The notes beneath the pieces were generated by a model. The model was not told where the DNA came from. It was given only the letters and a program-made list of their open reading frames with translations, and did no database searches. From Octopus vulgaris (lineage: Eukaryota), in the NCBI GenBank assembly GCA_951406725.2, contig OX597827.1:66464001-66528000 (forward strand): a DNA stretch of 64,000 nt. The letters run 5' to 3'. The translations under genes were made by a program, and so were the position numbers. Below, piece after piece: positions 42,499 to 56,481 of this stretch. The stretch's first letter is position 1. The number at the start of each line of letters is the position of its first letter.

Positions 42499-43760
42499 AC
42501 AAGCATATAACACTCATACAAATACACACTCAACTAATTTCTAATTAGATATACAACAGTATGATTGAATAAACAGTCCTTTGAGATGGATCAGAACTGA
42601 AGTTCGGTGTTCTACTTGTCGACATTTCACATACACACAGGCAAACACACAGAGATGAAAATATACATATATACATACATATATACACATACCAACTTTC
42701 ATGTGTATGAGCATGTTTGAGTTTTCATGTGTGTGTATGTGTATGTGTGAGTGAGTGTGTGTCTGCGCATGTGCTTTTCTATGTCGACTTCTTGCCGTAT
42801 GTTTATCGTTCTCTTCTTCAACGTTGCGTCTGTGCGACAGTGAGTCTAATGATATTTCCCCCATCTTTTTTTCTGCTCTAGCGCAGCGAAATACTCCTCT
42901 TCAATGAATGCTTCTGAAAAGACGTAAGCTAGGTGACACACGATGCATGGACACATGAAATATGAAGCTATTTCCCGGTTCCTCTTTCACAAGGGGATAC
43001 GTGACAGATATATAGGAGCGGCCGACGTAAACATCTTCAACATACTCATTGCACAGATTAAAAGACAACCAAATGAATTTTAGAGCTTAGCGCATTGAAA
43101 CAAGTAAATTAAAATCTGACGTTTCAGAGCTTCATATCACTAGAGGATTTTGGAATGTAGGATGGTAGCAATAGAAGTGTAGTGGGTGTTGAATAATGGC
43201 GAAATCAAGTTAGAGTTAGAGGGCAGGATATTTAAAATTAGATATAAAACGTAAAACGGCATTAAATTCTTGGTTAAAGTTTTCTCTAGACATTGTAATA
43301 ATTTGGCAAATACAACATGGTGATGCTAAAAGCAATATATTTCATTAATAAGAAGCTAAATTAAATGTTTTATTTATTTAATTACATTTTATTTATTTAT
43401 TTGTCTATTTGTTTGTTTACTTACTTGCTAAGTTCTTTAATCATAACACGTATACACTTATTGATTTGCGCTATCTGTTATTGGCAATCTATTAACGAAA
43501 ATGAACCTATTTCAAATTCCTCTTTACGTTTTACGTAGAAGCGGGTCTGATTATGTTTTCGAAACCAAGTAATTTTGTATTTATTGATGCGACTATCGCT
43601 AATATTGGTTTCAAATTTTAGCACAATGCCAGCAATTCCGTGGGAGGAGTAAGCCGATGTATTCATGCTATCCTCACGTACAAAATTGCTGACTTTGTGT
43701 AAAAAATTGAAATTGATATCACAACTACTACTGTCGCTTACGATCATGCTGTCGCTTACG

Positions 43761-44127
43761 ATAATGAAAAATTAAATTATGCCATTTAGAAAATTTACAT
43801 ATTATAGAAAGATTAAATATAAGATAAAATATATAACAATGAGTAAGTAATGTGCAAAATAATAAATAAAACATATATATTTGGTAGAACAACGACACAT
43901 GTTTCGTGGCTATATTTAAGAAAGGATAATAGCAATAATAATAGTAGTAGTAGTAAAATCACTTCCATATAAATATAGCCACGAAACACGTGTCGTTATT
44001 CTACCAAATATATACGTTATATTTATTATTTTGCACATTACTTAATCATTGCTATATGTTTTACCTTATATTTAATCTTTCTATAATATGTAATTTTTCT
44101 AAATGGTATAATTTAATTTTTCATTAT
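43761..44127. repeat. Fold-back palindrome (~160-bp arms) carrying the motif cgaaacacgtgtc
   Basis: ataatgaaaaattaaattat...cgacacatgtttcgtggctatattt / aaatatagccacgaaacacgtgtcg...atttaatttttcattat. Confidence 0.93.
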
Positions 44128-44156
44128 TGAATTGATAAACGGTGTTTTTTGTTCTA

Positions 44157-44220
<64 letters not shown>

Positions 44221-44286
44221 GAGGATAAGATCGTTAAATATCGATCTTATAAAGTGGCCAGCATTGAAATAAAAGCCTTCAAAGTA

Positions 44287-44622
44287 ATAATTATTATTAA
44301 CATTATAATTTAGGGTATGTATGAGATACCACCACACTGGAAATAGCAGCCAAAACCTGGCTCTAAAACCGCACTAAATCTTCACACAGCCCCAGGAGAA
44401 CAGACAAAAAGACAAAATAAACTAGCAAAAGTTACTGGATAATTCCAGATCCCGGATTTCTGACTCTGCACAAGAATGCTTGGCCTTTAGTTTATTTTGT
44501 CTCTTTGTCTTCTCTCCTGGTGCTGTATGAACATTTAATACGGTTTCAGATTCATGTTTTGGCTGCTATTTCCAACCTAGTGGTATGTCTTAGCTACCCT
44601 AAAGTATGATTTCAATAATAAT

Positions 44623-44625
<3 letters not shown>
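44287..44625. repeat. Older fold-back palindrome (~138-bp arms) between (TA)n tracts
   Basis: ggaaatagcagccaaaac...gacaaaataaacta / tagtttattttgtc...gttttggctgctatttcc. Confidence 0.88.
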
Positions 44626-44689
<64 letters not shown>

Positions 44690-44692
44690 TTA

Positions 44693-44726
<34 letters not shown>

Positions 44727-44972
44727 TTATGTGAAATAGAAAGATGAATAATCTTGTAGTAGATTAATCAAAAGTTTAACCGATACCTTAGTAGCAAAAA
44801 TCACAGCAGTAAAACACACGGTTGGAGGTACAACCATATGGTGTTGCAACCGTGCGTTGGTGCGGATAATTGAAATTAGAACATTATAGAAATGGAGTGA
44901 ACGCAGATTGAACAGAAATCGTTTTATTTCATTCTACATTCGAAACACGTGTAGAATGAAATATCAATCTGC

Positions 44973-45012
<40 letters not shown>

Positions 45013-45476
45013 TTATAAACGTTATACATGTGTGTATAAATACATATATACATATATTTGTAAACGTTCAAGCCATCCGATTATGTCATTTACGTAAAGA
45101 GAATCTCTGTTTTAAGGTAAAAATGAATGATTTATCAAGAAATTATAAAGAACACACATGCCGAAACCATTCACAAAGAGATAAAGGTCAAACACTAGTA
45201 TAACAAGGGTTAAATATAAATAAAATGTTTGTAACTGTAAACAATACATAACATTAAAAATAAATAAAATCGCATGTGTCTGAAGGGAATAATTTTAGAA
45301 AAAAATAACGTGTTTTTCTACGCTGTTTTAAAAGTTTTAACCTATAATTTCATCAGAAAACAATTGTCGAAATCTCTTACTTAAAGTACAAAACAACTAT
45401 GAGAAAACAAAAATGTTAAGAAAAAAAAAGTAAAAAGCATCAGACGAAATGTAGATTGTCTGCAAAATAAAGAGAC

Positions 45477-45526
<50 letters not shown>

Positions 45527-45775
45527 CGATGATGATGATGATTATGATGAATATGATAGTGACAATGATAATGTAGATGGTTGTGATGATGATGATATTA
45601 ATATTGATAATGGTAATATTAATATCAATAATCATAATAATCATAATATTAATATTAATAATAATAATAGTAATAAACGCCACTACTGCTACTTCTTCTA
45701 CTACTTCTACTATTACTGCTGCTGCTGCTACTACTACTACTACTACTACTACTACTAATAATAATAATAATAATA

Positions 45776-45825
<50 letters not shown>

Positions 45826-46916
45826 TATTATTATTATAAAAGTAATACGAAAATGTGTTTTGAAATAACAAGAACAAATTTACTACAACAACAAACTCAG
45901 ACGAAAACAATATATGTATGTATGTATGTATATATATATTTGTGACTATATACCACGAGCAGAAAGCAATGCATTGTATTTAAGTCGAATGTAATTATTA
46001 TTATTGACAGTATTTATATTAGTAACATGAATAATGATAATAACAGTCGCATTAAAACTAATATTACCATAGAGCGAATAATAACTATATAACGATAATT
46101 TAATATACACCATGTATACATACAGACCAATGCTAAAAAAGAAACAATGAACATACAGGAATAGAAACAAAGCAATATAAATGAAAAATGTACAAAAATG
46201 AAAAACACCAAGAAATATTAATCGTAGCGAAGGCCGTGTACGACATTAGAACTTGAGGCTAAATGAAGTTTTGAAAATAAATACACTGCTAGTCAAAAAT
46301 ATATTCTTCATTTAAATAGACACTGCATTACGTCTCCATTAGAGTAGTAGGCGAGGAATTCTAAAAGCCAATTAAAACATTTAAATAACTTCAGCTGGAT
46401 TTACAATAATGACAAATACAAAAGAGTAAGCGATGAATCAAACACATACAAACAAAAACATATACATACACATACAAATACTTAAGCAAACAAATAAGTA
46501 AAGACTTTTAAAAATATCTGCGTATCAAGCTATGAAATAAACAAGTAGTTAAATAAATTCAAGCACAATGTATCCGAAAATAACTCCTACCTCCGATGAG
46601 GATGATGGCGCCGTTGATGATGATAGTACTAGCATTTTCTTTCTTTTTTTTTTTATTTGGTGATAGTAATAATAACAATGAGGGTTTCAAATTTCGGTAC
46701 AAAGCTAGCAATTTCACTGAGTGGGTGGTGCGTCGAATACATCCATCCTAGTACTCAACTGGTACTTATTTTATGATGAGAGCAAAGTCGACCTCGGCAG
46801 AATTTGAACTCAGAAGGTAAAAAATGGACGAAATACCGCTAAGTAGTTTTGCCCGGCGTGCTAACGATTCTGCCAGATCGGCGCCTTGTAATAATACACA
46901 TTATATGATGATATTG

Positions 46917-47300
46917 TGGAGGCGCAATGGCCCAGTGGTTAGGGCAGCAGACTCGCGGTCATAGGATCGCGGTTTCGATTCCCAGACCGGGCGTTGTGAG
47001 TGTTTATTGAGCGAAAACACCTAAAGCTCCACGATGCTCCGGCAGGGGATGGTGGTGATCCCTGCTGTACTCTTTCACCACAACTTTCTCTCACTCTTAC
47101 TTCCTGTTTCTGTTGTACCTGTATTTCAAAGGGCCGGCCTTGTCACTCTCTGTGTCACGCTGAATCACCCCGAGAACTACGTTAAGGGTACACGTGTCTG
47201 TCGAGTGCTCAGCCACTTACACGTTAATTTCACGAGCAGGCTGTTCCGTTGATTCGGATCAACCGGAACCCTCGTCGTCGCAACCGACGGAGTGCTTCCA
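46917..47300 (+). mobile_element. Full-length SINE family B (tail type 1)
   Basis: Near-identical to the reverse complement of 2074-2465. Confidence 0.93.
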
Positions 47301-47449
47301 TATAGGATGATAACAACAATATAATCTTATATTTTGAACAAATTGCCCTCAACATAACATCTGGGTTTCTAACAACCTCCTCTTTCTTTTTCAGTCATAA
47401 TGCTTTTGTCGAATGTTATATTTGAGTCCGATCAACGATTTGCAAAGAA

Positions 47450-47567
47450 GCCGTCGATCTTACCGCCTTGGGGGACCCTATCAGGAATACTAGACTCCGG
47501 ACTTGTATAGCTCTTCAGATCACTGTACCACGCAACCCCGCCACCAACGTTAAGGTGATAGCCCACA
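47450..47567 (-). mobile_element. 5' UTR fragment of an RTE-clade LINE
   Basis: Minus caccttaacgttggtggcggggttgcgtg...gatctgaagagctat...cctgatagggtccccca resembles the conserved RTE (Rex3/Expander-type) 5' end as recalled. Confidence 0.55.
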
Positions 47568-47570
47568 TAT

Positions 47571-47967
47571 ACTCTTTTACTCATTCAATTGTTTCAGTCA
47601 TTTACCTGCGGCCATGCTAGAGCACCGACTTTAGCCGAGCAAATCGACCCCAGGACGTATTCTTTGTAAGCCTAGTATTAATTCTATCGGCCTTTTTCTT
47701 TCGAACCGCTAGGTTACGGGGACGCAAACACACCAGTATTTGTTGTCAAGTGATGTCGTGGGGACAAACACAGACACTCAAACACACGCAGACATAAATA
47801 TACATATACATACATATGACGGGCTTCTTTCAGATTCCATCTACCAAATTCATTCACAAGGCTTTGGACGGCCCGAGGCTATAGCAGAAGACACTTGCCG
47901 AAGGTTCCACGCAGTGGGACTGAATCAGGAACCATGTGGTTGGTTACCACATAACCACTCCTGCGCC
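47571..47967 (-). mobile_element. SINE family A
   Basis: Reverse complement of head, body and tail. Confidence 0.9.
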
Positions 47968-49200
47968 TATATATATATTTACATGCATATATTTCGTACG
48001 TAAATAGACACATGCGTGTGTATGTTTATAGAAACAAGTATGTAAATGAGAATTTAACAAAAGGTACTCCCTGCACGGTCATACATTGCATTTCTGAAAG
48101 GTATAAACTAGTATATCAAGAAACACAACATAGTATTCTCACATGTCTGTGTCGTTTTTAAATGTGCTGCAAAGTATGTGTGCTCCTTTTAAAATAACCA
48201 GCGTAGAAGACTGAGCAGTCTTGTAACGTTTTTAAAATAGAGCCACCTGCATTGGTCTTCTAATGCTTTGCAGAAAACTATAAGCATGCGCGCAACGATG
48301 TGTGTATCCATTGCGCGAGAAAGTCCCACGCATATAACGTTCCTGTTTATTCATAGTTTGACTGATTTTAATTAATAGGCGTGCAGGTTTAATATCACAA
48401 ATTAATCCTCGGGTTCACTCAGTGGTAATCAATTTATGCCGAAAATAAGTTTCATTAAAAATTTAACTGAAACTCGTTTCGTTGCCTTCTCAGCGTTATA
48501 TAAGCTTTTGTAATATTTGCAGTTTAGGGTAAATTTAAAATCCTTTTCATATTTGAATTAAAATCAAATGTTCCGCAATAAAATAGCTTGTATGCGATTT
48601 ATTTCTCGTATGCACACAGGTTTGAAATGCTTTTAGTTAAATGCATGCATCTTCTTTAAAAACAAAAATGTAATATTATGTAATATCATCTAAGATCATT
48701 TGGTTCGTAACTCGGATTAAAAGTGGTTTCTATCTTCCGGTAACCATGGCATCAGTAAGAAAAAAATAATGCACGCATTGCTTTGTGGTTGTAATCTTCG
48801 CAAGAAAGCATGTCTGCTTGTTTTAGAACACACTATGTTGTCTTCGGCTTCCTTCATATCATAGGGAAACATGGACACATACAAATACTTACTCGCACAT
48901 GCACAGAAGCTCGCACATTTATACGCTTTTGTATGTTATACATTTACAGAGAAAAATATCTAGTTTTGAATAAACATTTGAAAACGCGTCATGTTGAAGC
49001 AAAAAGTAGATTTACAAAATGGTGTGGACGGAAAATTTATTCCTTTCTCTGAACGCAAATAGATTGGGAACACGATGTAAATTTTACTTCTAATTCTTGG
49101 GTTATATTGTCTGAAGAATCTTCTCGTTTATAGTAGTTGCAAGTTGTCGTCTTACAGTAAATGTTGGATATATTTGTGTTTTTGTTTTTTGAGGAATGAT

Positions 49201-49421
49201 CTTACTCTTTTACTTGTGTCAGAAATTTGACTGAGGCCATGCTAGAGCACCGCCTTTAGCCGAGCGAGTCAACCCTAGCACTTATTCTTTGTAAGCATAG
49301 TACTTATTGCATCAGTCTCTTTTGCCGATCCGCTATGTTACGTTGACGTAAACACACCACCATCGGTTGTCAAGTGATGTTTGGGGTTGTGGTTCAAACA
49401 CAGACACACAAACACACACAG

Positions 49422-49456
<35 letters not shown>

Positions 49457-49619
49457 CGACGGGCTTCTTTCAGTTTCCGTCTACCAAGTCCACTCCCAAG
49501 GCTTTGGTCTGCCCGAGGCGATAGTAGAAAACACTTGCCCAAGGTGCCACGCAGCGGGACTGAACCCGCAGCCATGTGGTTGGTAAGCAAGCTACTTACC
49601 ACACAGCCACTCATACGCC
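49201..49619 (-). mobile_element. SINE family A
   Basis: Reverse complement of head, body and tail. Confidence 0.92.
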
Positions 49620-51952
49620 TTGTTTAAGAAATTATGATTTGAAATATTTTCTCGCTTTAGTTAAATCTTATATTCGCATTTTTAATAGCTTACCATTTAC
49701 GATACGAATACGTGAAAGAAGATTGTTAAAATACGTTTAGCTTACTAACCCAGATTAGCATGATATTTAACAACAAATACGATAAGGAACCGACGATATA
49801 GCGATTTACCGAATTCACAAAACTAAAACATTTGAAATGTGAAGATGAATAACTAGAGCAACGGCTAATAATTTGTAACGACATGAAATTATTTTTCCTC
49901 GTGGTTCCTTTTAGTATACAGATATGCTTAAAGGTCTGAATAATGTAAAAAATGAATTGCTCGTTAGAAGAGTATAATATTGAATGAATTGGATTACAAA
50001 GACTGCCCTTTCTTTGCTGAAAGGTCACTCTTAAACATTTAATCACATTACCAAAGGGAAAACGAAATATCAGGTATGTAGATTTTATTGTGGTTCAGTA
50101 TTGTATATATACATATATTTGAAATCCGGATTAATGTAAGTGTAAATTGCTAAGCTGGTAACTATGGCTATTATCACACGAACTGCATCATAAGAAATGC
50201 TGCCAAGGCAGAAAGATATTTCTCACACATTTAATATCTTTAATACCGACAAATCGGAAACTGTCTTCAGTATATTTGCATTAGATACACTCATGATAGC
50301 CAGAAGAGAACAGTAACTTATAGAAGAATTCGGTGTTTAATATTGCACCCCAAATTAAATTGGATGAAATATATTCTCAATAACTCTAATCCTTGATCTC
50401 ATTGAACCTCATTGTGTGCATTAGTTAATTAAGCCGCAATAAATGGACGAAACTTTAGAAACTACAAACTCACTTAAATATAAATAAAGATGAACTTCTG
50501 ATAAAGTCAATTGATTTAGTAAACTTTTGACATTTTGTTGTATTATGAAGAGAAAGGAATGAAATTAGTAGTTGAGTGAAATACCAATAACTAGACACTC
50601 CTGGCGTAGCGACTATGATTATATATGGCAGGTACGTGACTTGGAGCGAATGTACTCTATGAGAATGCGAATTATTACAACAAATTATTGCTGAAGATCA
50701 AATCGTTATCATAACATATATGGGGTAGCTAATTTCTGAATTCCAATATTTAGATATTAACAACTGGATAAAATAGATTCTAATTTCGAATACATTTTGA
50801 TTGTTAGAAAGAAGAGTGCAACGGAAATTCTGCAGGAACATTTTCTACCTCACACTCTTCACCGAATTCCAAACCCTTCATAAAGGCTAATAGTACATCT
50901 GACATAGAAATAAATCGATGGGTTTGTTGTAAATTTTGACACAAATTATACAAAACAGTATCGGTAAATCTACCAAAGACACCTTTCCGAATGTATTCAT
51001 CAACTACTCACACTTAAAAGTGTGAAAGTTACTAGAAAACTTGATGAACTCACATGCACATTTTCTCCAAAATTTCTTCTAGTTTAGGCGCCAGGGAGAA
51101 AACAGAATAAGCGTCAATCAGTCGATGGTTTAATGTAACGGGCAATGATGTATTCGCTCAAAATTATAGAACACATAAAACAAGTTGCGTGTCTAGTATT
51201 GCGATTGTTTTTATACACGTTTCTCTGACCGTATCGAAACGTACGCTGTTCACCCAGCACAACACACATACACCTTTCACAAGTTGCAATTTTATTCCGT
51301 TTCTTTCCTGTCCTCTAGCCAAAAAATAGCAGGTATCAATCTCCTGATCTACTTTCTTTTATAGCACGTCAAGTAAAGCACACACATTCTGTGTATATAT
51401 TTGTTTATCAAAATCAGCCAAAGTCGATTATGTCTTGAAGGCCATAATATACTACAGCGTATACCTGCATGAACATACGCGTTTGCATTAGGAAATGTCT
51501 TTCTTATTTTGCCAGCAGCCAAATAAGCTCTCTCAACTAAGGAAAACCTAATGTAAGCTTTCAACAACCTGAGGATGCTATCCTTACGCTCTTCTTTATA
51601 AAAGGCATCGAGTAAGATTTTTGCTTCAGGAACATAATGTTTCTATATCTTTAAAGTGCAGAGATTTTGTTGAGGCTAAATGAGAACTCGATACATGGTG
51701 GTTAGCAAATGAAATCATATGTATATTCCATTGTTGTTTTTGTTGTAAATAAATGACATGATGCACCGCTAAATTCTAGTGACTGTCTCTCCATTGTGAA
51801 TTAACTTTCAAGCCGGTCTTTAAGAAAGCAATGCAATCAATTTATTCTTTAAGAACACATCAGTCACAATAATTACACTTACACCTATTAGTGCCAAGAG
51901 TTTTAAAGATCCTGATTTTTCATGCAAAGAATATCGAGGTTAGAAATATTTC

Positions 51953-52371
51953 TATTTCTTTACTACCCGCAAAGAGGCTAAACACAGAGGGTACAAACAA
52001 GGACAGCCAAACGGATTAAGTCGATTGTATCGATCCCAGTACCTAACTAGTACTTATTTAATCGACCCCGAAAGGATGAAAGGCAAAGTCGACCTCGGCG
52101 GAATTTGAACTCAGAACGTAGCGGCAGAGGAAATACCTATTTCTTTACTAGCCACAAGAGGCTAAACACAGAGCGGACAAAGAAGGACAGACAAATCGAT
52201 TAGGTCGATTACATCGACCCCGGTGCGTAACTGGTACATCATTTATCGACGCCGAAAGGATGAAAGGAAAAATCGATCTCGGCGGAATTTGAACTAAGAA
52301 CGTTGCGGCAGACGAAATACTGATAAGCATTTCGCTCGGCATGCTAACGTTTCTGCCAGCCCGCCGCCTTA
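51953..52371 (-). mobile_element. SINE family C dimer
   Basis: 16-bp TSD aggttagaaatatttc at 51937-51952 and 52372-52387; junction gaaatac|ctatttcttt. Confidence 0.93.
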
Positions 52372-52886
52372 AGGTTAGAAATATTTCATTCGCTTTGTAT
52401 ACTTTTAGCGGAGGGTTGCGATTTTCTGGAAATTTTGTTGTTATATAAGATACGTTAAATACATGATGCGTAGGATCTTGTTTTTCATTATAAACTTCAT
52501 ACACGCATATACATATACACACTAACACACACGCACAGACACACAGACACACACAACTACACACGTACGCATGCACGCACACACACGCACATGCACATAC
52601 ACACATACGCATGCACACACACACACACACACGCACATAAAAGGACAATGGAAGGGGTAAGTTGATTACCTGGGCCTCGGTGTTTGACTACTACTTACTT
52701 TATCGACACCAAAATGATGGAAAGTAAAGTGAAAAAGCGGAATGAGGAGGAGGGGGAACGGTGTAGAAGAAGAAGAAGAAGAAGAAGAAGGAGAAGAAGA
52801 AGAAGAAGAAGAAGAAGAAGAAGAAGAAGAAGAAGAAGAAGAAGAAGAAGAAGATAACATTGCGTTGAATCCACTTTATCATACAC

Positions 52887-52992
52887 TTCTGGTATCGTAG
52901 CACAATCATCAGGTACTGGTCACATGGCATAAAAGAAGTTAGTTCAGGACGCCATATGGGCAGTACCTGATGATTGTGCATCGACACCAGAA
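52887..52992. repeat. ~105-nt imperfect hairpin
   Basis: ttctggtatcgtagcacaatcatcaggtactg...cagtacctgatgattgtgcatcgacaccagaa. Confidence 0.85.
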
Positions 52993-53142
52993 ACACTAAG
53001 AATACTGTCTGGTATGTTCTCAGTACATGAAACTAATAGTCGGACATAATATCATATATCATGTTTACTACCAGATGCAGTACGTTTGTTGTTGTTCTTA
53101 CCTCAGGGAATAATACAATATATATATATATATATATATATA

Positions 53143-54013
53143 TGATAGACTCTCCCACCGGTTTCAACGCATCAGGAGTCGACCACCTGCACATTCTTTG
53201 TCTAATGTTACATTAGAATCCCGCCAATGATTTGCAAAAAAGCCTGCAGATTTGTAAGTACGAAGATTACAGGACAGTCTAAGCGCTATATTTGCAACTC
53301 TTTTCCCTCTTTCTCTTGCACCCCTAAGCCTGTTAATGCTGGTCGAAACAAAGCCTCTTATACCATTTTGACGTGATATTCTCCATTCTCTTCGTTCTAA
53401 GGCTGTTTTTATTTTCAAACATGTTATGAACCGCATTGGTTGCTCAGTGGCAATTTTTAATAAACACGCACATAGGTACATAAGGATACATGCAACTGTA
53501 GCAACAGAAGCAACATGGAACACCATAAAGAGCTCTGAATTTTTCTCACTTACCTTCGCGGCGATGTGACAAAGGAGAAAATTGATAGTGTCAGGGCCAA
53601 AGCGAATTTCGCAGCGATTCAAGATAGATATCATTTATGACGTGTTTTATGATCCTGTCAAGAATCGGGTGAGCAAGTCTCTTACGCGCAATAGACAGAA
53701 GATATATCCCACCGAGATTTTCACAGTCTGTTTCATGCTCGGGTTGTCATCGATTAAACCGCAACCCCGCCGAGCTTGCTTGGTGAGGACGCCGATTAGT
53801 GGACGCCTTGCGAGTCAAGCAGCATGATCGACCGCTAGCCACTAAAGCTTTTTCTCCCATCTCTCTCTGTTTATTTTCTCGTGTTCCTTTCTGATGAAGA
53901 GCTTAGGCTCGAAACGTAAAAGACTTTCTTACCTTCTCGAGCGTTAAACTAATACACCTGTTTGTTGTTTATACACATGTCCGCATCTTTAATTTATTTT
54001 TGAAAATTCCAAC
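53143..54013. mobile_element. PLE-like element between two (TA)n tracts
   Basis: Contains a hammerhead motif and an unassigned 156-aa minus-strand ORF (53164-53634); 53824-54013 is repeated at 61981-62165. Confidence 0.6.
53887..53922 (+). ncRNA. Minimal type I hammerhead ribozyme motif (PLE-type)
   Basis: cuuu-CUGAUGA-a-GAGC(uuag)GCUC-GAAA-C-GUA-aaag. Helix I is cuuu/aaag, helix II has 4 bp, and helix III is reduced to the palindrome ACGU. Confidence 0.75.
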
Positions 54014-55220
54014 TATATATATATATTTATATATATATACATACAGAGAGAGATCACCTTTTACTCGTTTCATCCATTAGACTGTGGTCATACACAGACA
54101 CATACACACATGCACGTGCATACACGCACACATACACGAAAGCACACTCACATAAGTGTGTTTATGTATCTTAGCATATTTATATGTGTATGTCTCAAAC
54201 TTTCAAGTATATCATTCTACCACATTGCACCGAATGCAATTAACGACACAAGTTTTGTAAAGTTTAGTATGAACCACATATTCACATATTCCTGGGTGAG
54301 CACGAGAGTGCTTGTCTGTGTGTGTGTGTGTGCACGCGTATGTATTTGAGCTTGTGTGTTTTTGCATGATACTCAAGTAAATGTTTTCTTTATAGCTACA
54401 GTAGCACGTGTCCCTATGAGCACATCTGCGTGTTTATTTTTAAGTAAGTATATTACAAAAATGTATAACATGAGAAACAAATTCTTCTTCTAGATAAGTG
54501 TTCACAGAATGAATACATTGTGGAATTTGAAGTGCCTGATATAGAAATATAATTAAATTTAATGCAGTATATAAAGAATATTCAGGTATGTACTTTTCTT
54601 AGGAATATTATTATATTTATAGTCAAGGAAAATATATCATAACACATTATGTTTTTATAGACATATATACGTGTATGTATGTATGTATGTATGTATGCAT
54701 GCATGCATGTATGTGTGTGTATGTATGCAGTAAGTATGTGTATATATATATATGTATATATATATATGTATATGTGCATATATGTATATATATTTACATA
54801 CATACATACATATATGTATAAATATATCTATATTTATATCTCTCTCTCTATCTATCTATCTATATATATATTAAACGGTAATATTCATAGTATTTCTCGC
54901 CCTTGCCATGAAAAATCAAAGTAACGAATCCAAAGAAAAACATCAACGTCAAATATAAGCAGCATTCATCAAGGTCACAGGCAATCAAATGATAGAAAAC
55001 GATATTATTGGCGAAATATAGTGCTGGAACATAGTTTGCATGTACTATAAAGTTTCTAAAAGTACATATTGAAATGATATCACTGTCTTAAATAATGGCG
55101 TGTATTATGTATATTAAATTATACGATCTATACATGTAATTGAAATTTAGGAATGTCATTTCTCGGTAAACACTTATCTCTACGATATAAGCATTGTTTG
55201 GAGGTTGTAAGACACACACG

Positions 55221-55280
<60 letters not shown>

Positions 55281-56142
55281 GAGGATATTATATACTGAAT
55301 TTATATTGAGTACACAATTTTATTAAAGTATTAATACTATTAAAGTATTTATGTATTTAATACGAGCGATTATATATATTTTATATAATATATTATTATT
55401 AATATCAGGACATCAATATTAGAACATTTTTCAGAATTATATATACGTGTGTAAAATATTTGTTGTATTAAAAATATGTAAAAGTATAAATATATAATAA
55501 TGACATTTTAAAAGTTTAGAATTAGGTTTTTAAAGCATATTACGATCGTTTTGCAGAAGTGCTGTCCCTATAATGGGATCCTATATTGATAAGCATTTAT
55601 AGACAACTCTTCTGCTCTTTAGATATATAAAACGTGAAATTTGTATAATTTACTGAATGGTATTTTTTTAAAAATATGAAGTAATATAGGAAAATGGTGT
55701 TGGATTGAAATATAAAACAACATTAAAAATTACTGCTTTCGTTATTGGTAAGTACACCTTAGTATGGCAGTCTTTAAATTCCATATAGGCCTCCTAGGTA
55801 ATTCTTTGTGTCTGTGTTTGTTCCCCACAACCGCTTGAGAACCGCTATTGCTGTGTTTATGTCCTCGTACATTGCTGTTTGGCAAAAGTGCACAATAGAA
55901 TATTTACCAGGCTTTAGAAAAAAATAATAAATACTGGAGTGGATTCGTACGACTAGTATTCTTCGGGGCGGCGCTTCAGTATATCCACAATCTAATGACT
56001 AAAGCAAGTAAAATATGACATATAAATAATTGAAAATTGTAGAAAAATATTGAATATGTGTGTAAGGCTTCGAAATATAGAATCATAAACATCGTAAGAA
56101 AAACAAAATTATAGAATAAGTACTCTTAAAAGTAAAATATTA

Positions 56143-56371
56143 CTTACTCTTTACTTTTTACTTGTTTCATTCATGTGACTGAGGCCATGCGGGAGCATCG
56201 CCTTTAGTCGAGCGAATCGACCCCAGGAGGCATTCTTTGTAAGCCTAGTACTTATTCTATCGGTCTCTATTACCTAACCGCTAGGTTACGGGGACGTAAA
56301 CACGCCATCATCGGTTGTCAAGCGATGTTGGGGGACAAACAGAGACACAAACATACACACACATACATACC

Positions 56372-56415
<44 letters not shown>

Positions 56416-56443
56416 TATACATATATATACATATACATATACA

Positions 56444-56481
<38 letters not shown>

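Noticed and set aside
42865-42930. Possible micro-exon (ttttctgctctag...gac|gtaagc)
   Set aside because: Splice-like signals only, with an unrecognisable peptide; needs RNA-seq
46917-46990. tRNA genes at SINE heads
   Set aside because: A/B boxes are present but each continues into a SINE body; no convincing acceptor stem or terminator
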